Source: Octopus sinensis (taxonomy: Eukaryota). Taken from it: a DNA stretch of 64,000 nucleotides. Below are positions 41,698 through 54,688 of this stretch, in pieces. Position numbers and translations under genes: made by a program. Position 1 is the stretch's first letter. The number at the start of each line of letters is the position of its first letter. Where the stretch lies: assembly GCF_006345805.1 (NCBI RefSeq), contig NC_043003.1, forward strand, positions 42,098,001 to 42,162,000. Direction: 5' to 3'. Under the pieces are notes generated by a model. That model made no database searches, had not been told where the DNA came from, and was given only the letters and a program-made list of their open reading frames with translations.

Positions 41698-42560
41698 TAA
41701 ATGTATACATATATAGGCGTACGTTCACACACTTTTACATACATAATATATACATACGCACAAAGATAAGTATTTATACACATACACACACGCTCACACA
41801 CACACATACGCACACACACAAAATATATTATCTGATTTAGTGTTACATAGCAGTGTATTACGAAAATTGTGAGAAATTTAAGTGAAATGTTGCTACTACA
41901 TCTAACAGGTTGAGAAAACTAATTTCTCGTGTATTAAATGCTGTAAGTAAAATTTAAGATGCAATGTACTTTTGATAATATTAAAAGGTATAATAAAAAA
42001 CAGTACAGCAAAATCAAATTGTTAATGATTTCATTTGGGAAGTTAAACTGGGGAGATTAGAATATATTAGAAAATATTTTGGATAATCCTCACAATTTAC
42101 AATTTCTGGGGATTATGCTAAATATTATATTCGCTTCATGACAAAGAACAAATAGTTAGCAAGGAAATAAACTCCTGCATACATACATACATATATATAT
42201 ATATTATATATATATATATTAAGACATCTTAACGCTTCTAAAAGCAAACTTCATTTGTTTTACTTTCATCGTAATTTGAATTTGTATATATATATAATAT
42301 TAATGATATATAAATATATGCATAGATACATACATATATTTACATACTTACACATATATGTGTATATACATGAATATATGGGTACAGGACATAAAAAAAC
42401 ATAGACACAATGCGAAACGAAAACATAAAAACAAAAACTGAAAACGAAATTTTTCGAACAACGAAAAAAATACGAACAGAGAAACGAGAAAGGCAACATA
42501 AAGAACATTCCCCTTCATCAGTTGATCTTTTTTCATCTACTCCGCGTTTCGAATGTATAT

Positions 42561-43545
42561 ATATGCAGACGATACGAAAGTCTCGCAGAAAATACAGAAC
42601 CCCAGCGATGTTGCACACCTGCAACAGGAGTTGGACTCAATCTACAGATGGGCTGAGGATAATAATATGCAGTTTAATGCTGAAAAATTCCAGGCTCTGC
42701 GCTACCAGCATCCAAAACTGAATATTAAACTTACAGGATACACCGGTCCACAGGGAATTTCAATCGCAGAGCCTAAGTCTGTGAGGAACCTGGGTATCGA
42801 CATGAGTGATGATACCTCTTTCCAAGGGCACATTACCAGGATGGCGACAAAGTGCAGACGACTGGCTGGATGGATCCTAAGAACATTCAGAACCAGAGAT
42901 AAGGAAACCATGATGGTCCTCTGGCGTACCTTCGTCCTCAACCGCCTGGATTACTGCTCACAGCTATGGTCACCCATCAGTGTAAAATTAACAGCGGACC
43001 TTGAAGCAATCCAGAGAAGATTCACAAAGAAGATCGTCTCTTTGCAACAGCTCAGCTACTGGGAAAGTTTGAAACAGCTAAGACTCTACTCCCTGGAGAG
43101 AAGATGGGAGAGGTATGCAGTAATATACGCCTGGAAGATCCTGGAAGGAATTGTGCCAAATTTTGGCATTGTAAGCTACACCAATGCTAGAACGGGACGA
43201 CACAGCATAGTGCCAAAGATCCCAGCAATGCCATCACGCTTCAGGACCAACTTCTGCAACAGCCTGGGTTTCAAGGGCCCACAGATTTTTAATATTCTCT
43301 CAAAGAGTCTGAGGAAATTTCACAAAGTAGATGTAGCGGTTTTTAAATCAAAGCTGGATACCTTCCTATCGAGAGTCCCAGATGAACCTACCTCACGGCA
43401 AGAGGTGCAAATGAGAGTAGCTATATCAAACTCCATTCGTCACCAAGTGCCACATATTAGAGGAGGTTCTTCGTAATAACAGTGTAGCACAAAACGGCGG
43501 TGCATCAGCATGGCCGCAGCTCTGAGCTGAAACAAGAAGAAAAAA
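42561..43545 (+). mobile_element. Young 5'-truncated CR1/L2-group LINE, open RT C-terminal ORF (42553-43476)
   Basis: YADDTK...LQQELDSIYRWAEDNNMQFNAEKF...RLDYCSQLW...LYSLERR; no stops over about 300 codons; tail ggcggtgcatcagcatggccgcagctctgagctgaaac plus an A-rich end. Confidence 0.92.
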
Positions 43546-43935
43546 AATATATATATATACATATATATATATGTATATATATGTATGTATGTATATCTAC
43601 GTATGTATATATATATATGTATATATACGTATATATTTTATTATTATTTTATTTTATTTTATCTAATTTCAGCACACGAGCTGTGTCCATGCTGGGGCAC
43701 CGCCATTATATATACATACATATACATATATTCACGTATATACACATATATACATATTTATACATGTATATGCATACATACACACACACATATATATGCA
43801 TATTTGTATATGTATATATATGTACATATATACATACATAGATATGTATACAGTCATTCTTGCATATTTTTATTAAAAGTAGTAGTGTTTCTGCATATAA
43901 AGATGCAGAAACACAGGAAAATAGACAGATATTTA

Positions 43936-44266
43936 TCGAGCAACTCGACCCCGGGACTTATTCTTTGTAAACCCAGTACTTATTCTATCGGTCTTTTTTT
44001 TGCCGAACCGCTAAGTGGCGGGGACGTAAACACACCAGCATCGATTGTCAAGCGATGCTAGGGGGACAAACACAGACACACAAACACACACATATATATA
44101 TATACATATATACGACAGGCTTCTTTCAGTTTCCGTCTACCAAATCCACTCACAAGGCATTGGTCGGCCCGGGGCTATAGCAGAAGGCACTTGCCCAAGA
44201 TGCCACGCAGTGGGACTGAACCCGGAACCATGTGGTTGGTTAGCAAGCTACTTACCACACAGCTAC
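43936..44266 (-). mobile_element. SINE family A lacking its 3' tail
   Basis: Near-identical to 41013-41426 in reverse. Confidence 0.9.
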
Positions 44267-44870
44267 ATGGGTATATTTAAGGATAAAATGTACATAAACA
44301 GTAAAATTGTGGTTCATCGAATGAATGAGCAGATAGTCGGTGCTATGGTTTAATATCTATATGTAGTAAACAAACGCGTAGTAAGAACTGATATAACATA
44401 CCACAAGCAGAAAATCTGCAAGTTGCCTGTTTCAGTGAGCGATCATCTCGTCATCCGATGGATCTTGATTAAATTTTAAAAAAGAGCTGTTTGAGTGCAC
44501 ATACTCACACATGCATACACACGTAAGAACATACATGCTTGTAAACTCACACTCACAGACGCACACACGCACTATCACGCGCACACAAACACACACACGC
44601 GTATTTGTTTTGCACATTGAATCCATCATATAACATTCTACACAATGTTTTACCTAGAATTTCTCTCATAGATGTATATTGAATCAAGGGTAGAATCAAG
44701 TGACAATCGCGTTGTAGAATCAGTTAGTTAAGACAAGTGTCCCAAACCACCGAAACCTGTGTTAGTGCTGGACCGTGGGTCATTTAGTACTTGATTGCAC
44801 AGAGCGTGTGAATATTAAATTTTGTTACTCTTTTAATGAATACTGCTGTCTGCAGGGTAACTTTGCAGTA

Positions 44871-45091
44871 TATGTGAGGGTGCTGAAAATTTCGTGGATT
44901 TAAAGGTGTTGCAGAAGGCCTGGCTGGAGATTCAACATTTCGGATTCTTTTACGGGGCTTAGTAAAACTGAAGGACCGCTGCAAACTGTATGTGAATCTG
45001 AGAGTGCAATATGTTGAGTAAAATCATAATTAACTGATCCTCCCGCATTTTCTTTTAGCCTAAATCAGGAACTTTTCAGTACCACCTCGTA
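44871..45091 (+). mobile_element. mariner-derived MITE
   Basis: Termini gagggtgctgaaaatttc / gaacttttcagtaccacctcgta; the interior is a degenerate mariner C-terminus (FFYGA*xKLKDRC). Confidence 0.75.
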
Positions 45092-45197
45092 TATCTATTA
45101 TACGTAATAAGGGTAAATTGTAAAGATTCCTTCAAGAGTCATAGCGACTCATAAGGGCTTGTTTCTCGATTTCCATGGCGTATATATTCTCTACTTG

Positions 45198-45372
45198 GAG
45201 GGAGCGCCCGTCTGTCGCAGGATTATTCCCTTTTGCCAGCTGAGTGGACTGAAGGAACGGGAAATGAAGTATGTTGCTCAAGAACGCTACGCGTTGCCTG
45301 TTCCAGGAATCGAAATCACAATCTTACGATCATTATTCCAACACCCTAACCATTAAGCCACGCACATCCACA
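45198..45372 (-). mobile_element. tRNA-derived SINE, family-B-like head with a third tail type
   Basis: gtggcttaatggttaggg...ttcgattcc...ttcttgagcaa...cactcagctggcaaaa then cctgcgacagacggg. Confidence 0.7.
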
Positions 45373-45676
45373 ACACATGAAATAGTTAAGTTATGCACTT
45401 TATTCTGGTTTGTTTTTCGCCGGTCTGTGGAAATACCGTCTTCCATGAATCCGGTCTGTGTTGCAAAAGATGTTAGGGAGCACCGAGATGAAATGTTTGC
45501 CTCGTAACTAAAAGGTCTCACGTTCAATCTCATTACATAGAATATATATTGATCAATCATTTGATACCTACTGCTAAACGCACCAGAACTGCGACATCAC
45601 TCTAATGATCTAGAAAAACTTTTGAAATAGTGAAACACTAAAAAAATTATGGAAACACATACGTGCAGACACGCAC

Positions 45677-45961
45677 TCACAGACTCACTACTCCGATACG
45701 TGACGTTTGGTGAATGAGTGAGTTTGATGTTACTACCTTCATCTGTGTTTCCTGCCGGAAAGTACACTCATCCGGAACCAGTTGCAGGAAGAGATCCAGT
45801 TTTCTTTTGAAGACACCTACATCCACACCATGCAGGTCGCATAGGCATTTTGGAAGGGTATTGAAGAGCTGTGAGCTCTTGAAACCACAGCTGTTGCAGT
45901 GTCTGGTCCTGTATGTTGATGTTGATGCTGGTACCATATATCTGTTGCTATATACATCCAC
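45677..45961 (-). mobile_element. CR1/L2-group LINE 3' fragment
   Basis: [44 protein letters not shown] aligns to the 42553 ORF end. Confidence 0.85.
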
Positions 45962-45982
45962 ATATATTGTGATATATATATA

Positions 45983-46053
<71 letters not shown>

Positions 46054-46687
46054 TTTACACACACATTCGCACACACACCTACACTCATACACGCACGCAC
46101 GCGCAAACATACACCCACGCTTATGTATACACACGGAAGAAGAAAGAAAGTGTCATATATAGTTATGATACATGTCTGCAATATGATATAAGACATATTG
46201 TTTCAGTAGATAATAAAGAATTACATAGCTGTAGGGGAAGGGATATAGAGAGACATGTGAGTAGGTGATAATACAAACTAGTTGGTAATCATAATTGAGA
46301 CTATAGATCGCATACTAACTACATCTCGTTGAACTCTCATAAATTATCATGTAACTCTATTATTCAGAGCGATATTATTGCAGTAAATATTTCACATCTT
46401 CAAAACCAATTTGTTTTATCAACTCTTGCTATCTCTCTCTCCATCTCTCCTTTTTTCTCTCTCTCTCTCTCTCCCTCACATACATACAAACACGCACACA
46501 CACACACACAGAGGCACATACATATACATGTGTGGGTGTACGTATATGTGCATAGACTGATAGCTACCTAGATATAAATATAGAAGTAGACTTACGTCTA
46601 TGTACGTAAGTATTTATGCATGTATATATGTATGTGTATGTAGATATAAACATATATTTATATGTATACACACACACACACACACAT

Positions 46688-46718
<31 letters not shown>

Positions 46719-47029
46719 CATGTGTGTGCATTTATGTATGTATGTATATATTATACATATTTTTCCAACGAGAATTTTTAAATGAAATTTATAGTCTATA
46801 TATATTATCCGTACATATATATATTGGGATCATTAAAATGAAGTCTGAAGAATCCCCGGTTCCAAAGTCCTCAATCCATAACCTAAAAAAAAATACAGCA
46901 ACAAGGCTTACCCAGGGTAAAGCGCCTCAAAGAAAACCGTCTATCCGAAGTATTTGTCTATTCACTCATGAATTTCTTTCTTTCTTTCTTTCATTCTTTC
47001 TCTCTTTCTCTCTCTCTCTCTCTCTCACT

Positions 47030-47293
47030 ATTCTTTTCTTTTATTCTTTTATTTGTCTCAGTTATTCCAATGTACACATGCTGGAGCACTGCCTTTAGTC
47101 ACACAAATCGATCCCAGAACTTATTCTTTGTAAGCCAAGTACTCAATCTATCGTCCCTTTTTCCGAACCGCTAAGTTAACGGGAAGCAAGCACACCAACA
47201 TCGGTTGTCAAGCGATAGTGGGGTGAGAAACACAGACACACAAACATATAGATATTCATTCATACATACATACATACATACATACTACATACA

Positions 47294-47326
<33 letters not shown>

Positions 47327-47470
47327 GTATATGTACGACGGGCTTCTTTCAGTTTCCGTCTACTGAAACCACTCACAAGACTTTGGTTTGTCCGACATTA
47401 TAGCAGAAGGCACTTGCCTAAGTTGCCACACAGTGGGACTGAACCCGGAACTATGTGGTTGGTAAGCACG
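47030..47470 (-). mobile_element. SINE family A
   Basis: Tail, body and most of the head in reverse. Confidence 0.85.
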
Positions 47471-47480
47471 CTATATATAT

Positions 47481-47703
47481 AGCGAGCTGGCAGAAACGTT
47501 AGCACGCTGGGCGAAATGCGTAGCTGTATTTCGTCTGTCGTCACGTTCCGAGTTCAAATTCCGCCGAGGTCGACTTTGCCTTTCATCCTTTCGGGGTCGA
47601 TAAATTAAGTACCAGTTACACACTGTGGTCGATATAATCGACTTAATCCGTTTGTCTGACCTTGTTTGTCCCGTCTGTGTTTAGCCCCTTGTGGGTAGTA
47701 AAG

Positions 47704-47707
<4 letters not shown>
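47481..47707 (+). mobile_element. Near full-length SINE family C
   Basis: gcgagctggcagaaacgttagc (A box), gagttcaaattcc (B box), tail ccccttgtgggtagtaaagaaata. Confidence 0.9.
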
Positions 47708-47734
<27 letters not shown>

Positions 47735-47737
<3 letters not shown>

Positions 47738-47996
47738 AATATAATTTATGCGAAAACTAATTTCTGTGTGTCAGTGTGTCACATTTTGAGCCCTCTTTCA
47801 CTCTTCATTGACACTTCCACTATTGCTCATGATGGGTGAGAATAACAGTAGGCATAAAGACGGTGATGGTGGTGGCGGCGAAGACAGAGAGAGAGAGAGG
47901 GGAGAGAAAGAGAAGCGAAGAAATTTAGGGAGTTCTGATGATATTTTTTATTAAAAGTAGTAGTGTTAATGGTGACAGTGAGAGTAATAATACGAC

Positions 47997-48027
<31 letters not shown>

Positions 48028-48504
48028 AGGTGAGAGAAAGGGGGGATGATCAGTGAACTAACATGCTAAAGTGATAATATACTGAACGGTCATACGCATT
48101 TAGCCTGTTTGTGATGTTTAATGGTGTGATAGAAACAGTATGAGCTGTAGTTGTGATAGAGAAGGGGGTGGCGGTGATGATGATGGTGGTAGTCGAGGCG
48201 GTGAGGGATGAAGTGAGAGTAAGCGATGTGAAAGACAGTGGTGATGGTAATGGAGGGGAAGGCGGATAAGTCAAATATATTGATGACGGTGGCGTTAGAA
48301 GTCTGAATGAAGTGTTTATGACAGATATAGTGGCGATGGTGGTGGTACTGTTGCTTATCATGAAGCTTTGCAACAAGTTCCAAGTCGACAAATTATATCA
48401 TTGTTCTGATGAAAATTGTTCATTGCTTGAAAAATATAGTTGAAGTGAAATAAAATTTAATATGTGCTCAATGCATGAAGCGTCATTATTGGCCTCAAAC
48501 CCTA
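47735..48504 (+). mobile_element. Non-autonomous Helitron-like element
   Basis: A|TC start; collinear homology with the reverse complement of 16169-16648; 3' end decayed. Confidence 0.65.
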
Positions 48505-48565
48505 ATGAATTGCCCTTCACATGAGCTAACTTAAAAGCCGCCTGATACAGTGGCTTCTAAGCAAG

Positions 48566-48647
<82 letters not shown>

Positions 48648-48684
48648 TCATACATACTTTCACTCACCTATGTACAATACATGC

Positions 48685-49072
48685 GGAGGCGCAATGGCCC
48701 AGTGGTTAGGGCAGCGGACTCGCGGTCATAGGATCGCGGTGTCGATTCCCAGACCGGGCTTTGTGAGTTTTTATTGAGCGAAAACGCCTAAAAGCTCCAC
48801 GAGGCTCCGGCAGGGGATGGTGGTGATCCCTGCTGTACTCTTTCACCACAACTTTCTCTCACTCTTACTTCCTGTTTCTGTTGTACCTGTATTTCAAGGG
48901 GCCGGCCTTGTCACTCTCTGTGTCACGCTGAATATCCCCGAGAACTACGTTAAGGGTGCACGTGTCTGTGCAGTGCTCAGCCACTTACACGTTAATTTCA
49001 CGAGCAGGCTGTTCCGTGGATTCGGATCAACCGGAACCCTCATCGTCGTAACCGACGGAGTGTTTCCATCCC
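48685..49072 (+). mobile_element. Full-length tRNA-derived SINE, distinct head, tail shared with 26748-27050
   Basis: 11 bp TSD acaatacatgc at 48674-48684 and 49073-49083. Confidence 0.92.
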
Positions 49073-49250
49073 ACAATACATGCATATATGGAAGATAAGT
49101 GGTAATGGAGAGGGAAACTTATAGATGTGCTCAACGATAATATAATTGTAATTTATGATATATGACTTACATGTAAGAAGAGTTTCACGTTCATATAAGC
49201 AACCATGATATTCAGCTTAATATCTTCGGGATTTAAACACGGACAAAAAG

Positions 49251-49320
<70 letters not shown>

Positions 49321-49374
49321 ACACACACACACACTCACACACATACACACATAAATACATATATACATATTAAC

Positions 49375-49500
49375 GACGACTTCTTTCAGTTTCCGTCTGC
49401 GTGATCCACTAATAAAGCATTGGTCGTTTCGAGGATATAGTGGAAGTCAATTGACCTAGGTGCCACGCAGTGGGACTAAACCGGGAAAGAAGCTTCTTAC

Positions 49501-49505
<5 letters not shown>
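49375..49505 (-). mobile_element. SINE family A 5' fragment
   Basis: cttctttcagtttccgtc...ggtgccacgcagtgggact. Confidence 0.75.
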
Positions 49506-49534
<29 letters not shown>

Positions 49535-52500
49535 GTGTGTTTTATATTCGGGTTTCTTTGATTCCTTTCTGTTTCATTCACTTAAACATTTTTGCCATAA
49601 ATCGAATTAAATCTTATTTTCTTGTTGCGCAAGGTAATGAAAAATACTCAATTTGATATGAATAGGCATTGTATCATACAGATTGTGTTTAAATCTACAA
49701 ACAACAAATATTTCCATCTAAGCTTGATTTTTTTTCATTGCACGACTGACAGAGAGGAGCATGTTACTTGATTTAAAACAAAATTTGAGGTTCACATGAG
49801 CACTCTTAATATTTTTTTATTTTGATCCATTCACATATCTCTGCTGTTCCCTCCTTTTGTTTCTTTCGATTTACATTGAGACATAGTGGCAGTGTTGAAT
49901 TTGAAACTGAGCGTCGACGGATATTGTCTGAACACTTCCTATTGAAAGTTTTTCAGATTGAGTATATTAAAGAAATTTGAGAAGCATCGCCTCGGGACAC
50001 TTTGTTGTTGTTGTTTTTTTTTTTTTCTTGTTTTGAAAACAGGGAAAGGCAGTTGTTGACGCTGTCCGAAATTCACTCGCTGTGTGTTCGCTCATTATCT
50101 ACTTTTGCAGTTAATTGCTTTTTCGCAGTCTCCTCATATGAAATTATTTTGTGCATCCTGCTTCATTTTGCCACTTTATAAATTATGCTTATAAGATTTG
50201 GTGAGAGGGCTTTGAGCATTTAATCCTTTTAAAACTCCACTTGAATCTTTATTTTTCAGTCATTATAGTGAATTTACTTTATTCTGTGCTCTGTCCTTTT
50301 CTTTCAGGTATTGGTCGTGTTGAGAGGCTTCATGACCTTGCTCTAACTCGGGATTCGTTAATGCCATTTTCTTGATTTTAAAGATTCTTGTCACAATTTC
50401 CACTATTTAATCATTTGTCTTATATAGCTGTTTGCCACGTTTTATTCATTGAATTCATTGAAGGCGGTAAATTCTTTTGTCAAGAGAGGTTTTTTAGTAA
50501 GTGTCGATTTCTTATTATTATATATGTCTATAGACCCAAAGTAGGTGCTTTACAATATTTTGTAAATTCATAAGGCAAATAGCACCCTATATTCATAGGA
50601 AATATAATTTGTCATTATTTCCATTTATCTTCGCTTAATGCCCTAATCTAAAGTGTCAATATTACTGTCAAGTGCATGAATTTTACACAGTGTACGTCAT
50701 CGATTTCTCAGTAATTGTAAGTATGTGTTTGGTCTAATGTTCACATCTTTGTGTCATATATCTAACGAGATATTAGCATGGCCAATTAATTTTCCATTCT
50801 TAAAGGTTGTCTTGGCACATAGTTCAACCAATATCTCATATAAATTTCAACTAGATCCCTATGCTGTCTGCAGCATTGTTTACCATCCGCAATTTGCAGT
50901 TGAAAGCTGTTCACAAACTAATCAAAAATGTTAATGGCAGACAGAAAAAAAAAAGAAAGAAAAGCGAGGTAGGCCTTCCTTTGTGTATTCCTCTTCTATT
51001 AAAAATGTGGATTACTTTTCATAACTACCATCTATATCTAAAACAAATTATTTACACACGATGTTTTTAATTTATCTTTTCAATATTTGTGTTACCTTGC
51101 TGTAAGTTCATGTTTCCAGAACGGGCGCGGAGAAAACATCTCAATGCTGCACAGTACTCACATGCTGCTGTGTCTGTCTATAGTTTTGAGTTTTGGCTTG
51201 TTGATCAATAATTGATCTTTAGAGCAATAAGCATTTTGTTTACCTAGAAAAATTTGCGCTTCTCAAGGTTATTAAATATCCGTAGTAACTATATTTCCAT
51301 TTAAGTATTTCACTCCTGTTCACAGGTTGGTTATGTGATGGCAATTCTTAGGGTATCTCTTGACAAAAGTATTAAGTTTCCCCGCTTCGCTGAGCTAATC
51401 AAATGTCATCAAGTTAACATGGTATTATCGACTTTCCTGCCACTTTAGAATAGAAGTTTTGGAGTTTATGATGTCTGTCAGATTCTATTTATTCATTATA
51501 GTAGCTGAAATAATTCTGGAGCTGATACAGTCTTCTGCAATTATTCTGCTTGTGTAGAGTAATGGTGCTCATGGTGGATGACTCACTACCTGTAATCACA
51601 ATCAGAATTTCCCAACTTCCATTGTTGTTGGTGCTCCCGTAATAACCATTATATTACTACCTAATACTCAATATAACTATTTGTGTCAGAGTGGACGTTT
51701 TCCTTTTTGTCTTCTTTTTTTTCACTAAGAATTGTTGTTTATTACATACCTACGAATTCATCGTGTTCTTGCGTACATATCTTGTTTTAAGCTCTGTTTG
51801 GCTTCGAGAACTTTTGGATTTCTGTAGTAAAACTGACTGCTCCTAAATTCTTAAAACTTTTCCCTTTTTAAAACATTTTCTAATTGATTTCTCTTCATTA
51901 AAATGAAATCTATGGACTTAAAACCGGGAAACTGTATATCAAAACAAACATCCTCATGTAGAAACACACATTAACAACAACCAACCGTTTGAAATTTAAT
52001 GAGAGGAAGTAGATGACATAAGCACTCTTAAATGGTACTGTTTGTCAAAATCTTGGATCTCGGAACACATTCAGCAGACAAAAATACTTCATCTAACATA
52101 CGAGGTATTCCGACAAACATGCACGCACGTAACTGTTCCGCAATCTTCAATCTTTAAGCATAACACATTTGAAAAGAGTCATTGTGTCCAAAGCAACAAG
52201 ATAAATAAAATATTTATAAAATGACATTTTAGTATTCTTATTACTTCTCTTACTTAACGTTCCAAACATGTCATCATTTCCTTAGACAATACGATACCTT
52301 GCAGGCTATACATTTCGCATAACTTCACAGAAGTGGCAAAGCTGTTTCAAATGCGAACTATCATATTACTTTGTATATTCCTGTATCAATTATATGTGTC
52401 TCTGTAGCCATATGCCAATATATATATATCTGCATATACTTGAGTCAAGGTTGGAGCTATATCCAAGTTGAGGTTCCGCTGCTGGTTTGATTCATTTTAA

Positions 52501-52568
52501 AACATTTCCTTTGATTTCTGCGGCCGTTCCTAAATGTTTGTTTCTTGCTAATCAGTGAACATATTTGC

Positions 52569-52615
<47 letters not shown>

Positions 52616-52705
52616 GTATATCTGTAAACACTTTCTTTAATGTTTTCTGAACACATCCTTATCTATGATTCATAGATCTCAGAAGGTTATTTGACAAGGT
52701 ATTAA

Positions 52706-53430
52706 ATGTCAATGAGCACTTTTTACGTCATAAGCTGATACAATATCGTATTCTTCCTCTAGGTTGAGAGGATGGGGATTTTGGCACTTACTAAGGTGTC
52801 CAATTCTGGGCGTTGATATAACTTTCAGTTACAATTTGAACGCACTGAATTTCTTTTACACATACAGACACACAAAGACACACACACACAAACACACGAA
52901 CACGCGCACACACACACTCACCTGCACACACACACATATATACATATATATTTGTATGTGTATATATGTGAGTGCTTGTATCTCTCTCTCTCCTTATATA
53001 TATATATATGTGTGTGTGTATTCTACTAATATAGGAGAACATTTTTTTCAGAAAGAAATTTCAAAAACTGTGGCAGCATATTATACCTTCAAAGGTTAAA
53101 ATACCTTCAAAAGGTTAAAATTATAAACAACTTAAAAACAAGAGCAAAAGAAAAATTATTTCTAATCCAATATGCTGAGAACAGACTTTAAATCGTCAAT
53201 TTCCACATTACAATATACATTCACTATAAATACACTATAAATCTGGAAATTGACGATTTAAAATCTGTTCTCAGCATATAGTCATAGAAATAATTTTTCT
53301 TTGGCCCTTGTTTATAGTTATATATATATATATGTCAATGAGCACTTTTTACGTCATAAGCTGATACAATATCGTATTCTTCCTCTAGGTTGAGAGGATG
53401 GGGATTTTGGCACTTACTAAGGTGTCCAAT
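52706..53430. repeat. Identical 99 bp direct repeat (52706-52804, 53332-53430)
   Basis: atgtcaatgagcactttttacg...ctaaggtgtccaat occurs twice, period 626. Confidence 0.95.
53129..53320. mobile_element. Fold-back element with about 75 bp inverted arms
   Basis: tatgctgagaacagactttaaatcgtcaatttcca / tggaaattgacgatttaaaatctgttctcagcata, extending outward. Confidence 0.8.
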
Positions 53431-53509
53431 AGTGGTTTTGTCTCGAATAATATTTTATATATATATATATATATAAGAAATTAAAATTAAAGGAAAATAC
53501 GCACACTTA

Positions 53510-54688
53510 CATCGTTTTAATATAATTTTTAATATATCGACCCGTTTCGCTGTCGCTATTCATGATATTATGTTTTACTTATTTGAATATGTATTTTTTC
53601 TTAAGAAGAAATTTTGTCTATGTTGTGTGTGATGTGATGAAATTCACGAGTGAATGACTTCACAAATTGATAAAAAAAGGGAGGTAATTGGTTATCGTTA
53701 TTATTGTTATTGTTGTGGGTAAGGGAGATAACTGTTCAGCTTTCGGTGATAGGAGGGGATATATGTACAAAGACAAGTTTCGAAAACCTTGTTTAGTGAG
53801 GGGATTTATGTACAGTGAGGTAATCGTGAATTGAAATATGTAAAAAGATAAAAGTTGGTTATGCGTGCATATTAAGACGTGTTCTGTATTTTTCAATGAA
53901 AACAGTTTCTTTATTTAAACGTTCTAGTTGAGAGATTGTGTCTTTGCACTGGTAGAAGGGGAAGACTGTGAAATTCGGTTTGATGTTACCTGCATATTTT
54001 TCTATATGTTCACTGAGAGGGATTTGTCTCTATTGCGGGAAACAGATTTGCTCTTAATATAGAGTGCTTCTCTTTCTCAAAGTCATACTCGTATGTCCAA
54101 TATAGTGGGCTCTGCAACCCGAGCAAGTTATTACATGAATTAGGTTCTCAGAGGCACAAGTAAAACTAGTTTTAATTGTGAACCTCTATCCTTGTTTGAA
54201 AAGGAAATCCGAGCCTTTAAGCAGGTTGTGTGTTGATATAAATAGTAATGTTTTGAGTTGGGGTGTGGTGTTATGTTTTGTTGTTCTTAGTGTTTTTGTG
54301 TCTAATTGTTTGGCACGATTAATTCATTCGTCGATAAGTGAGGCTGGATATTGTCTTTCAATAAGCGTTGTTTTGAGGGCTTGAAGACGAAGGTTCCGAG
54401 TCGTTCTATCAGACACTATTGTGCAAATCATTTTTGCCAAATTGAAAGGGATGTTTATTTTGATGTGTTTCGGGTGACATGAGTTAGAGAGAAGATATTG
54501 TTTTGAATCAGTTGGTTCATAATAAATAACAGTTATGATTTCATTGTTAACTTTTTTTTATCAAGATGTCTTAAAAAAGGGTGTTGTTCTCTGTTATATT
54601 CCATTGTGAATTGAATGTTACTATTTATATCATTTAGTGTTAATTTGAAGTCCAAACGTTTGTCGATGTTCTCCTTCCAAATGATAAA
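53510..54688 (-). mobile_element. Penelope-like element 3' portion (RT end, thumb, GIY-YIG, 3' UTR)
   Basis: FIIWKENIDKRLDFKLTLNDINSNIQFTMEY...SCHPKHIKINIPF...LIHVITCSGCRAHYIGHTSMTLRKR...; stop at 53859-53861; several stops and frameshifts. Confidence 0.9.
53534..53568 (-). ncRNA. Minimal type I hammerhead relic at the Penelope 3' end
   Basis: atatc-AUGAAUA-gc-gaca-gc-GAAA-c-gg-g-UC-gatat; 5 bp stem I in register; two core substitutions relative to CUGAAGA. Confidence 0.6.

Noticed and set aside
50308-50376. Strong acceptor followed by GIGRVERLHDLALTRDSLMPFS*
   Set aside because: No convincing donor, no linkable upstream exon and no recognisable family.
51162-51243. Minus-strand 82 nt exon-like segment with a gtgagt donor (GKQNAYCSKDQLLINKPKLKTIDRHSS)
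   Set aside because: Plausible signals but isolated; such matches are expected by chance in AT-rich DNA.
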